A DNA stretch of 64,000 nt from Eledone cirrhosa (taxonomy: Eukaryota): the NCBI GenBank assembly GCA_964016885.1, contig OZ024742.1, positions 353,524,001-353,588,000 of the forward strand, in the 5' to 3' direction. A program made the position numbers and the translations under genes. The notes below the pieces were generated by a model, which made no database searches, was not told the origin of the DNA, and saw nothing but the letters and a program-made list of their open reading frames with translations. Positions 13,566 through 26,026 of the stretch are shown in pieces (the first letter of the stretch is position 1; each line of letters opens with the position of its first letter).

Positions 13566-14520
13566 AAGTGAGTCCTCATCAGTGACCCTCCAACCGTCCT
13601 CGGCATTTCATCGCTTTAAGGGCCATATGCCTCAGGTTGGTGCGAACAACGGCTAAAAAAAGTCGTTGGGACACGTAAATAAGGGGGGGGGGACATTAGA
13701 GTAACAACAAAAGGGTTATAGCAACGGAAAGTGAGTAGAAATAGACAAGTCCCAGATCTCTATGAATATAAACTCTGTGAAATCGTGAACAAGAGACGAA
13801 AGACCATCGAACCTGGTAGAAATGTGAGCAAGGAAAGAATTTCGCCCAAGTTCGACAGGGGGAAAAAGGAGAGAGAGAGAGAACGAAAACTGGTCTACGA
13901 ATTCGGTAAACGCAAGTTTTGTGAAGTTGCAGACGAAAGAGAGAGAGAAAAAAATTATTACCAGCTCGGTCAAGACTGCGCGAGAAAAGAATTACACACA
14001 GGTCAAACTTGAAGGAGGAGGAGGGGAGGTAGTGACAGAGAATGAGTGAGTGAAAGTTGAGGAGAGGGTAACAGAGAGGAAACTGCTAAAAGTGGTAGAG
14101 ATACAAGGAACGAAACAGACAGGCAGCATGGAAAGTATATGTGTAAATATCGTGATAATGGAGCTGCGGCGTTGCAAATGGGATACATATGAAAAAGTGA
14201 GTCCTCATCAGTGACCCTCCAACCGTCCTCGGCATTTCATCGCTTTAAGGGCCATATGCCTCAGGTTGGTGCGAACAACGGCTAAAAAAAGTCGTTGGGA
14301 CACGTAAATAAGGGGGGGACATTAGAGTAACAACAAAAGGGTTATAGCAACGGAAAGTGAGTAGAAATAGACAAGTCCCAGATCTCTATGAATATAAACT
14401 CTGTGAAATCGTGAACAAGAGACGAAAGACCATCGAACCTGGTAGAAATGTGAGCAAGGAAAGAATTTCGCCCAAGTTCGACAGGGGGGAAAAAGGAGAG
14501 AGAGAGAGAGAGAGAACGAA
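13561..14520. repeat. Direct-repeat element (partial tandem, offset ~629) flanked by (TA)n
   Basis: 13561-13885 is near-identical to 14190-14520. Both begin TGAAAAAGTGAGTCCTCATCAGTGACC. Confidence 0.8.
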
Positions 14521-16312
14521 ATATATATATTTATATATGTATATATATTTGTTTGTATGTATATATATATATTTATTTTTGGAGAAATAAAACAGAAAAA
14601 ACACAGAGATGTAATAGTACACGCTTAGAGAAAAATATATTTATCTCGGGTCGGTAGATGAGTGGTCCGGCATTTTAGAGGAGGGGGATTTATATAAGCT
14701 TTATTATGCTGAAGTTGTGTACTTCTTGTGCTGCAGCCTCTCCTGTTTAGTAACTTCGACAGACGCATCTATGATAATACTGTGAGTAAAAAATAAATAA
14801 AGCACTCCACGTAATGTAAATCCTCCATTGTATATGTGGTATCCAGTGGCTGATACAGGAACAGTGTAAACTATTAATTAACACAGCAACAGTAAGCCGG
14901 TTTGGAAAATTTAATATTTTAAGTCATCGGAAGCATTATACACATTTCGATGGCCCAACTATACCATCGGATTATGTTGTAGGATTAGGCGATTTCATCA
15001 GGCGTTACGTGCACAATTCTGTAGCAGGATTACGTTAAACGGAAATCTAAATATAACATTATCTATATCTCAGCAATATTTTTATTTAATACCTAAAATT
15101 TTATTTGCAATATATGTATATATGTATTAAATTCGTATTAGTATCTCAATTAATGTATCTAATATATCGTTTAAATGTTATTATATATTTTTGATGCTCT
15201 GAACAGGAGAGTATTGAACAGTTTAGTGAGAAACATCATCCATGCAGAAGATTAGAGCAGTATGTATGAATAAGCACATGCGAATCAGAATATGGTGGTG
15301 ACAGAAAAGTTAGCGATATAGAATTATGATTCTGTGTATATGTAGATATACATTTGAATTTAATAATATTTCGGCGGTTTAAGATTACAAACCTGCAATG
15401 TATCCAGGTATACATGTTTCCTCACATTACAGAACATCCTGCAGTTAATTTAAAACCTATCTATGAAAACCTCACTGGAATTGATACTTTACCTGTACAG
15501 TTCCTCCATGGCAAATTCCTAGTTTATTTCGGGTATGAAAAATTTCCCATAAGTGCACCACATTTATCATAAATAGTTATCGAAATGCTAGTGCAGGTGC
15601 GATTCCTGTAAGATTGCAATTTAATTTTAAAATGTCATTAATTTATGAATTTTATTTTTGTTTTATATTTTAAATAAAATGTCAGCTTTCAAGTGTAATA
15701 ATATTTCCAATACATAATGCCTTCGGTTTCATATGGTTTCCATCCAAATACATATATCCTAATTAGCATGCAAATATAAATCCGATACATGTAAACATGT
15801 AAATATATTTTCCAGTTTTCTATTAACACGTTTCATGAATTTAATATCCATATAGCATTTAATGAAACCTTTGCTGATAGCAATTGCAACAACAACATTA
15901 ACTGCCCTCATAGTCGATCGAGTGATTGATCGCTTGATATCTTGTGAGACATTCAATTACGATAAATAGAAACATTCCTCGTATTTGAAATGTGATAAGA
16001 TATTAAAATTTGTTAAATATTCCTTATAATTTAATGAATAACTCGTTACCATCTTCTGGGATATATCCAATTATATTGTTTTTAGATTCTAGTTGTATTT
16101 GCCAGATGCGATATGTTTCAAAAATTCTGCATAATCATAAACGACGATACTCCAACTTAAATATGTTCATTCATATTCATGCTAAATATGATACATAAAC
16201 TTGCTACATTGGGACTTCGGGTATTGAAAAGAGCTCTCTGGCATGTTCTTCAATGTCGTGTTCATTCGAATATTAACATAATAATGTAACACCATTATAA
16301 TTATCCATTATA

Positions 16313-16500
16313 GGGCGGTGGATTAGCAATATCCGTAGAAGGTCGAACGACATGCTTTGCAGCAAAGAGTTACGCCCCTTTATGGTCTGAGTTCAAACCC
16401 CGACGAGGTTAACTTTGCCTTTCATCCTTACGGGGTCGAAAAAATAAAGTACACTGGGATAATTGCTGGCCTTGTGCCAAAAGTAGAAACAATTATAATA
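16313..16500 (+). mobile_element. tRNA-derived SINE (octopus-type ~190 bp family)
   Basis: B-box-like GAGTTCAAACCC, core TTTGCCTTTCATCCTTACGGGGTCGA-AAAATAAAGTAC, tail GGCCTTGTGCCAAAAGTAGAAACAATTAT. Confidence 0.8.
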
Positions 16501-17227
16501 ATCCAATATATATATATACTGTATGTGCGTAATCATTTGTAACGTTTATTCCGAGGGTCTTCTTGACGTATGACATTCGCAGAATAGCTAGAGAGGCAGA
16601 CTGATGCCATCGAGCATGACCAAGGAGTCGTGTGCAGCATGATAGGTTTCTTCCAGAACAGCGGAAGACGTTGGGAGGGGGGGAGTGATGGAGGGTGACA
16701 TCGTGCTGCCCAGTGTTCCTGATGCGATGTCAATTCAGATAATGTTCCACATGCCGTATTTTCTTTTCCATATATTTTTGGTATTGTTATTTTGCTCCTG
16801 TCGTACTCTCGGTCACATATATGGGTTGGGTGTGGAATAAGCGGAGTGTTGGGAAATTGGTAATACTTCTTGTCTTCGATTATTTTTTTAAAACAAAATT
16901 ATTGTGTGTTATATTGTATAACGAGCACTAATTTCCTATGGATTTCTATTGTTTAATTCAATTAGAGGACATTTCCTTTACTTTGAGGTGTTTGTCTATA
17001 ATATCCGATATGTTGGCTTTGTTCTCCCTGTCTAAGTGTATTGGCAGATTAAAGGAAATGATTGATTTGTAATTCTCTACCATATTCTCTGGGGCTTTTC
17101 TGCAGCATCATATTTATATTACTATTTCGTAGTGTTGTCATTCATCATTAGAATTAATTTAAATTAAATTACCTGTAAAGGATTGGGGTTAATTTCATCA
17201 ACTTTACCCTTCCCCCAAAACCTTTGA

Positions 17228-17266
17228 AATTGGCCTAAATCAGAAACCATTATAGCTATTATACCT

Positions 17267-17311
<45 letters not shown>

Positions 17312-17319
17312 ATAATAGC

Positions 17320-17365
<46 letters not shown>

Positions 17366-17535
17366 ACAGCATCAGAGGCAGTAGTAGTTATATTAGTAGC
17401 AGCAGCAGCAGCAGCAGTAGTAGCAATAGTTAGTAACAGCAGCAGCAGTAGTGATAGCAGTAGCAGCAGCAGCACCACCAGTAGTAGAATTAGTACTATT
17501 ATTAGTATTATTATTATTAGAAGTAGTAGTAGTAA
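17228..17535. repeat. (TAG)n/(CAG)n trinucleotide microsatellite
   Basis: Long GTA runs interleaved with GCA runs. Confidence 0.95.
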
Positions 17536-17909
17536 GGTACTGTTGAACTCTGACCAATATTTACTGTTTCTATATCTTTACATTTAGAGTCGTTTTTTAA
17601 CTTTCCTATATTACCAATTGTTTCGATGGAACTCTCTTCCTGTCGTTAATAAATACTTCTTATACTAGTGTATCATAGGATAAAGATTTATATACACCAA
17701 TATATTCACCTGTCATATAACATTTACTCACTAAATGATCCGTAAGATATAATTCATTAATCATCACACAAGCAACGCTATATATTTTTAGCTCAAATAT
17801 TTATCGCTGTGTCTCGTAAGTTTTCTATACACAAACACATACATATACACGAACACATATACATACATGGACACGCAATTTCACACACACATGCAGCATG
17901 CACATAGAC

Positions 17910-17973
<64 letters not shown>

Positions 17974-17993
17974 ACATAAGAACTATATGTATA

Positions 17994-18030
<37 letters not shown>

Positions 18031-19576
18031 GTGTGCATGTATATATGTGTGGGTGTGTGTTTCTCTCCGTTTCGCTGGGTAAAGAATGTTATAGGAATGG
18101 AAGATATAAAGAAAAAGAAAGAAATATAATAATATATAATATATAGATAGAAAAGATAGATATATAGAGGGCGAGGGACGGAGAGCGAGAGATAGTGAGA
18201 GTGAAAAGAGAGGGAGAGAGAGAGAATTATCTGTAGTTCGTTTGAGGTTTTTCTATCCACATGCAATGTATCCGGATAATTGTAGCAATTATATGTTGCC
18301 AGGTAAAGAGTAACATAACGCAAATGATATTTCGATACATTTCAAGTAGTTAATATACAGTGTAATGGGATATTGCAATAACTTTTCAGATATACGCTGA
18401 TATTCTCATAATATTGTTGCTATGGATGATCTGATATGTGATATATGGTGGGCTATTCATTAACAGCCTGTTAACCGGACAATTAAACACATATTCTATG
18501 TCAGTGCATATAAATTATTTACACTATCTGACGTACCCAGCTTCGCCCGGGTAAACATATGATAAGAGAAGACAGGTAAAAGAGAAAATGACTGCATTGG
18601 ATGTTTGTCTGGTTACAGTATGAGGCGAGTCCGTCGAATTGCTTTTATTATCAGTATTCATTTCAAGCAACTGTCAAAAAATGACAATAGTAAATATAAA
18701 AGATGTCCGTCAATGTAAAAACGTATACATAGTGTATCCAACACTTTGCCTCTCTGTTTCTTACCCTCCCCTCTCTCTCCCTTATTGGCATTATGCATAT
18801 TAATTCAAGTTTGGCGTCGTTGAGGTGAGCGGAGGCGTTTGAAACCTATGAACCAATGATAATCGAGAATTATGACACACGGAATACTGAAATTGTTAAA
18901 ATCAGTATATAGTTAACTCATACTTTAGTTATATCTAAAGGAAATATTGACTTTTCTATTTGCAAGATAAATGCATAATTTCGGGTTTGAAATAGCAAAA
19001 TTCCACACGTTCTTATTTTTGAATGGAAGTAAGTGTAGCACTTCCAATCGAATTTAATGAGCGCATCCTAAATTATTATAAAACTAATGAGGGATGTGCA
19101 TTGGCCGTGTCGGTAGGGCGTCGGACAAAATGCTTTGCGACGCTTAATTACGCTTATTTATCCTTTGACTTCAACCCCTCGGCATTTTCCTATGACTTTC
19201 ATCGTTATATAGTCTATTGAATAATGTACCTGTAACGCACTGAGGTAGATTAAATGGACTTACCCCTCCCCACCAAATAGCAAGGTTGGTTATGCTATAG
19301 AAACTATTATCTCATAGCTAAAAAAAACAAAAAACCGAAAGTTAACTGCTGTAAAACGTGAAACTATTGATTGTCATACTTCTAACTTGTCTTCCTAACA
19401 ATCTTACGGGGAAATACTTTCTCTATTCTGTGTAACTGGGCCGCGGGCTGGCCAGATCATGGGTCCACCTTTGCTTATATCAGAGAGAGATGGGGAGAAC
19501 GACAGAGACGGAAGCAGTGAGTGAATGTGAGAGGATAACAACATTTATTTACTACAGATACCGTATATATTTTACC

Positions 19577-19638
<62 letters not shown>

Positions 19639-19663
19639 AAAATATATCTTATTTATCATTCTT

Positions 19664-19699
19664 TCTTCTGACGAAGGACTAGTGTCTGAATAGTAAGAG
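19664..19699 (+). ncRNA. Degenerate minimal hammerhead
   Basis: UCUU-CUGACGA-AGGAC-UAGU-GUCU-GAA-UAGUA-AGAG, lying just after a (TA)n array. Confidence 0.45.
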
Positions 19700-20480
19700 C
19701 CTATTCCTGCTATATCAAGCGTTAACCTAATATATCCCTTCTATACAGTGTACCGATTGTGCTGTTATTTCTGTTTACAATTCACACAAGCACACACACA
19801 AACACACACACACACACGCACATATATATATGTATATAAATATATATATATACAGGAAAATGTTCAGGACCACGACGGCAGAGCTCAAACTGTTTCGACG
19901 GCTATGTCTGTGTCCTATTACCTACTCTACTACCCAAAGTATCGAGTACACTGGTGCGTTATGGTCCACATGGTTCCTTACCCCACTTCCTTCGTTTTAT
20001 ATATATATATATTAAAATAACAGATTAAAGTTTAAGCAAAGAATCGCTTCTTTCACCCTTAACGGGATCTTCTGAAACTATATATATATATATATAATAG
20101 AAAGTCATTTTTTTTTACAAAATGAAAAATAACCGAGGTGGCCTACACGTGTGAAAGTATAAAGAAAAAAAAGATGAAATCGAAAATGCAACTGGAGTCT
20201 TATTTTCTAAAAAATATATATTTTTATTTGGTTCCTTTAGCGGTTTCTCAGTTCTTCTGCTTTTCAAAAGTAGAGTTGAGATTTAGGGTCTATAGTGAAT
20301 CTCACATCTGGTTGATCTCTAAATGTTACTTGTTTTATATGGAAAAAGCGGCTCGAAATGCCAGGTTTTTCGAGAAGTAGTTTGATTGGTTGGTCAATAA
20401 TTATAATAAATTTCGCGCCAGTTCGCGTTACAAAGTTCTTCAAACAAGGGGGGGGGGGGTCACACGTTGTTTTCAAATAT

Positions 20481-20795
20481 GAGTGTTTGAATTTCTTTTT
20501 ACTTTAAAAAAAGGGGGCTCACGAAGGCTTTTTTTAAATAAATGTAATTTGATTGGTTAAAAATGAAATTATGGCTGTCACGTGAACAAGTTTTTATTTA
20601 ATTTTCGCGCCCTTATTTGGAAATCTATTCTGTAGCCTTTTTAGAGAATTTTATGACAAGCAAATGATAATGGTCAAGAGAAATTGGATGGGACAATTGT
20701 TCTGGTTCAGTGAATATGTTTAGTTCGCTGGGGTGTCAGAATTCAGGTTTTCCATTGAAGAAAGTAAGTAAAGATATGTATGTTTATGTGTGTGC

Positions 20796-20874
<79 letters not shown>

Positions 20875-21220
20875 GTGTGTGAGTCTTTGAACTTCTTTTT
20901 ACTTAAAAAAAAGGGGGCTCACGAAGGCTTTTATTTAATAAACGTAATTCGATTGGTTATAAATGAAATTATGGCTCTCATGTGAACAAGTTTTCATTAA
21001 ATTTTCGCGCCCTTATTTGGAAATCTATTCTGTAGCCTTTTTAGAGAATTTGTTGACAAGCAAAAGATAATGGTCTAGAGAAATTGGATGGGAGAATTGT
21101 TGTGGTTCAGTGAATATGGTTAGTTCGCTGGGGTGTCAGATTTCAGATTTTCTATTGAAGTAAAGAAAGTAAAGATGTGTATGTTTATTTGTGTGCTTGT
21201 TTGTGTGTGTGTCTGTGTGT
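20481..21220. repeat. Tandem duplication, ~400-bp unit ending in (TG)n
   Basis: 20481 and 20881 both begin GAGTnTTTGAAnTTCTTTTTACTT...AAAGGGGGCTCACGAAGGC and stay colinear for ~330 bp. Confidence 0.85.
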
Positions 21221-21467
21221 GTATTGGAAGATGATTCTATTAGTAGAAATGGGGGAGGGAGTTGTGTGTGTATATGGGTGGTATGTGTGTAGGTGTGGGA
21301 GTATGTTATGATGGAGAGAATATATATATTTTGTGTGTGGGTATATATGTGTGTAGGAAATATTCTATTAGTATAAATGGGGGAGGGAGTTGTGTGTGTG
21401 GGGGTGGGGGTTTCTATGTGTGTGGGAGTATGGTTAGCATGTTAAGATGAAGAGAATATATATATAT

Positions 21468-21502
<35 letters not shown>

Positions 21503-21938
21503 GAAAATAATTCCTTTAGTAGGAATATTTTTGAATGAACATATTTTCCTTACTTATTCGTATTTGTTCTGTTGTATTGTCAGTGCAAACGTATGTTAAG
21601 GTTTATTTAGTTCAGGTTTTTATTTTCTAAAGTAGAAGGTGTTATGTGTGTGTGTGTTTGTGTGTGTGTGTCTGTTTGGATGGTTAGTATGTTATGGTGT
21701 TGACATAATGTATATTAAACCATATTTAAATCTGGTCTATATTTATGAATAAACATATTTTCCTTATTTATTCGTATGTGTCCTGTTGTATTGTTAGCCC
21801 AAAGTTAAAATGGGAAGACTTGGAATTTGGGTGTCTCATTACTTGCGCATATGTCAATGATGCTCGCTGTGTGGTATATGTCTCGTGGTTGGATCTCGTA
21901 ATTGTTGGCGATGAACTGTCATTCTGTTTCTGAGAGTG

Positions 21939-21984
<46 letters not shown>

Positions 21985-22050
21985 GAAGAGAGAAGAAACA
22001 TTTAGATATAATTAGTAATAAGATGTATCATACCTAAACTGCTTCTAGAT

Positions 22051-22140
22051 TCCTCGACTACGTAGTTTCGCGGCATAAAAAAAAACAATACATCATAGAG
22101 ATATAGAGCTTTTGTGAGGTCTACCGACTTATCAAGAGGA
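22051..22140 (-). ncRNA. Degenerate hammerhead with ~60-nt stem II region
   Basis: UCCUC-UUGAUAA-GUCGGUA...UAUGCCGC-GAAAC-UACGUA-GUC-GAGGA. Stem I is a perfect 5 bp and stem III is palindromic. It lies in a ~400-bp element between (TA)n arrays. Confidence 0.6.
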
Positions 22141-22428
22141 TACCTCATTTTACTAGCTTCAAGAACACGTCTATAAGATGTGAGATAAAATCCCAAAAGG
22201 GGGAGGGGGAGTCAGTCACGTGATACAACGGTCAAGAAACAGAGCTAAGCCCCTTATAACCCCGAACAAAATACCACGGAGGCGGAGGGGGTATATATAT
22301 CGAGGCCGTAGAAGAGGTGGTTAAGGAGGGGAGAAGTATGAGTAATGGCAGCTTTCCAGCAGTCACTACACTTCAAAGATTACTCGACCAGGGGGAGTTA
22401 TAAACAATATATTGAGAAACACACACAC

Positions 22429-22519
<91 letters not shown>

Positions 22520-22709
22520 TAGATACCTCTAAGCAAACCTAAACATGTGCAACAAAAAACATACACACACACAAACAGATATGAAGGAATTGAGGAAATG
22601 TATGGCGTATAACTATAGTTTAATTGCGATATGACCGTATACTTGACAAAAGGTATATTTTATATCTTCTTTGTTTCCTCTTAACAACTACTCTCATTAC
22701 AACTTTCAC

Positions 22710-23260
22710 CACATTTGTCAATGCCCATGGCAATCATCAATTCATCTACACTTAGGTCTTTCTATTCCGTGTTGTGGGTGCCACAATATTTGGAGTCCAT
22801 ATTTAAATTATTTTCTCTTCCCCTTGAATGCCCATATCCCTACTTGAGGTGGATGTTAACCTTATGTGTTTTCTCTCGTTCAAGTAAGTTCACCGCATTA
22901 AAAGACGTTTACATCTCTTTAATCAATCTATATAGAAATTTTTACTGAAATACAAGATGGAGAATATGCCATCAAAAGCTAACATACCAACAACTTGGGA
23001 CAATGTGTCGCGCGCATAATGAATAGATCCACCTTTCAGGCCAAATCTATAATGATGCAATACGTAGATAAATACGTAGATTCCAATGATGTAATTTATA
23101 TTGTAATAGTTGACTGAAAGAATCTGTATATCTATAGTTAAAAAAAGGGAGACAGTGACGTCCGAAGAAGTAGCCTGCACTTCCAAGTAACTTGCTCTCG
23201 ATTTCTGGGTCCCGGTCGACAAGATGGAGAATAGTAACTCCACCCCATTGTGCTCATACA
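22710..23260 (-). mobile_element. Possible highly decayed piggyBac-like transposase remnant
   Basis: Minus-strand fragments SLFLTIDIQILSVNYYN, LSQVVGMLAFDGIFSILYFSKN and KDLSVDELMIAMG occur in the order of the piggyBac motifs (SLFF..I..ETN; MSR.RF..I...LHF.DN; LSVDE.MI). Matched from memory only. Confidence 0.35.
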
Positions 23261-24836
23261 TGCAGGCAGCCTACTCCACTCCGATGTGACGATGTGACGA
23301 AGATCACCGGAATTCAGCATTGCTACAACCTTTGCCAGAAACCTATCATAGAGTGACCGATACTGTATTTTATTCACAGCTTCTTTGATTAAATTTAGAT
23401 TCTGGTTGCTGCAATCTACTCAGAATTAGGAACATCTGGTACATTTTGCTTGTAATACCAGTTTTCGTTGTGGGCTAGCCGACTGCCAACCTCTAAAAAC
23501 CGAAACGAGTCGTGCTAGGAAAAAAGTTCACTAAAACGCGGAGAAGTGACAGAGATTTTGCAAGTCTGGTGCTACCGACGTCTTTCTTTAGACATATGTA
23601 TGGCATGATGCTGCAGGTCATTTATAAAAGAACAATACAAGAAAGAATACGGTGTAAAACAAAGGTGTAAAACAAAGGTGTGAATAAAAACGATATGTGC
23701 AGATTTCTTGGGTGATAAAGGGCTGGTTTTCTCTGAAACCATATTATAATGTATGTATTGGATCTTTCAACATCATTGTATTATGAAAATACTCAAACAT
23801 GTCTGAATCATATTTATAAAGTGTTGTCACATATCTACAATACAAATAATTATATATTAATTATTTAATAACAATACTTTCCGAAACATATTTAATGTTA
23901 TATATTTCAATTTCTAACAAAATAAAAATATTCTTTTCGAACAACGTACAAGAGAGAAAACAGAGACTACTTAAGATTGGTTCGCAAAACAAAGGGTTGT
24001 TTGAATTCATAATACGAAAAAAAGAACTGTTTCTGTTAAACAAATAAATATTGCATGTTAAACAATAAGTGTGAATTCGCATATCATAGGAAAAAAAAAA
24101 AACATTATCAACAACACAACTTCTAAATGTATAAACTATTAAAATATTACTCTCAATTATTTTCATAAATTCCCATATTTAATAAATTTGTTTTAAAGCC
24201 AGGAAGCAACGCTGACTATTTTTTCTTTTCTCGTATAAATACTGTAACAGAATTAAAACACTAAAAGTGCTTAATATGACGCAAGCGAGTATTTCTGAGA
24301 ACAAAACAAATAAATCAACAGACAATACGCAGACAAATTTAATAAAAATGAAAAAAATATAGAAAGAAGTTTCTCATTTGATTTATTAATTTCCGATAAC
24401 ATATTGTGCATAGTATCTGACATAACATTCTTAACACGTAGTCTATAATTAATAATTCTCTAAATCTCAAATATGTGTGTAATAAATGAACAAACATGTG
24501 AATATAGGCATTACTTAGTATCAAATATGTAACGAAAACACAGTATATAAAATTATTGAAAATGTTCATAGCTGTGAGGTCAAACACAGCCGCATTGTGT
24601 GACCCTGAGCAAATCTTCTGCAAAACGCGAGTTACTGGTCGCTACACAATAAATTAACGTTCCTCTTTCTTATGAATATATATACAATGTGCCTCTTCAT
24701 AGAGTACTTGTTTTCGTAGAAGCATCATCAATGCACTGAATCGACTAAACTATATATATACATAGACATTTTATTACGGCTAAATATTGAGACTTAATAC
24801 TCTGGGATTTTACCAGTCTATCAAAGTGTCACCCCA

Positions 24837-24882
<46 letters not shown>

Positions 24883-24889
<7 letters not shown>

Positions 24890-25962
24890 CGTAAAATAAG
24901 AAAATTATAGTAATTAACTCATTTACTTAAATTTCACCCCAACTAATTAGTTTCTTAAAGGGGATATACATAGTCCCCAGATAGAGACCATGGAGAATCA
25001 TTTTTTCTTCAGGGAGTCATTCTCGGCCAAGATTCCTGGCGATTCGCAGACACAGGGGTCGAATACAAAAATAATTCAGTGGATGGAAAAAAGCTAGCGT
25101 GGACTAAATCCCAAGCCATTGAAAACTTCACAGCCTTCCTGGTCAGTGGCAAATTCAAAAGAAACAATCACCTGAAATTGAGGTTAATCAGTGAGGAGTG
25201 GGGTGTTACAAAGACAGTAGCTAGGCTTAATACTATGAACCATATTAGTAATGTAGGCAAATTGTGCTCAACAAAATAATTTGGAGATAAAAAATCAGTA
25301 TATCTACCAACATATTTATACATATGTATACTTACGCTATAAAAGATATAAGTTTTGTCTTAGTAACTGTGTGGTGGGATACAAAGAGATGTAGAACAAT
25401 TATATAAAAGACGTAACATGAAAATTATAGTAATTAACTCATTTACTTAAATTTCACTCCGTTGAGAAAATTTGCCTAAATTACTACTATTGTTCTTAGT
25501 ATTATGTCTGGCTACTGTCTTTTTAACACCCCACTCCTAACTGATTAGCATCGATGTCACGTGATCGATTCTTTTGAATTTGCCACTGACCAGGGAGGCA
25601 GTGAAGTTTTCAATGGCTTGGGATTTAGTCCACGCTAGCTTTTTTACATCCATTGAATTATTTTTGTATTCGATCCCTGTGTCTGCGAATCGCCAGGAAT
25701 CTTAGCCGAAACTAACTCCCTGATAAAGAAATATTTCTCCATGGTCCCTATTTGGAGACTATGTATATCCCCTTTTAGAAACTAATTAGTTGGAGTGAAC
25801 TTTAAGTAAATGAGTTAATTACTATAATTTTCTTATTTTACATATTTAATATAATTGTTCTACATCTCTTTTTAGCGACCAACAAAGTTACTAAGACAAT
25901 ACATACATCTTTGGTAGCGTAAGTATACATCTGTATAAATGTGTTGGTAGATATACTAATTT

Positions 25963-25965
<3 letters not shown>
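24883..25965. mobile_element. Non-autonomous fold-back element with a hammerhead in each arm
   Basis: ~24883-25390 is inverted at ~25460-25965, with (TA)n on both sides. HHRs at 24936-25017 (-) and 25715-25796 (+): ACUCC-CUGA(A/U)(G/A)A...GAAAC-UAAUUA-GUU-GG(A/G)GU. A third family copy lies at ~59850-60450. Confidence 0.75.

Positions 25966-26024
<59 letters not shown>

Positions 26025-26026
<2 letters not shown>

Noticed and set aside
14935-15008. Minus-strand CUGAUGA...GAAA
   Set aside because: Stem I does not pair convincingly; left uncalled.
16313-16420. tRNA genes suggested by GTTCAAATCC boxes
   Set aside because: These are SINE heads; no cloverleaf can be folded.
17164-17478. Signal-peptide plus poly-Thr mucin-like ORF
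   Set aside because: Derived from a trinucleotide microsatellite next to a SINE tail.
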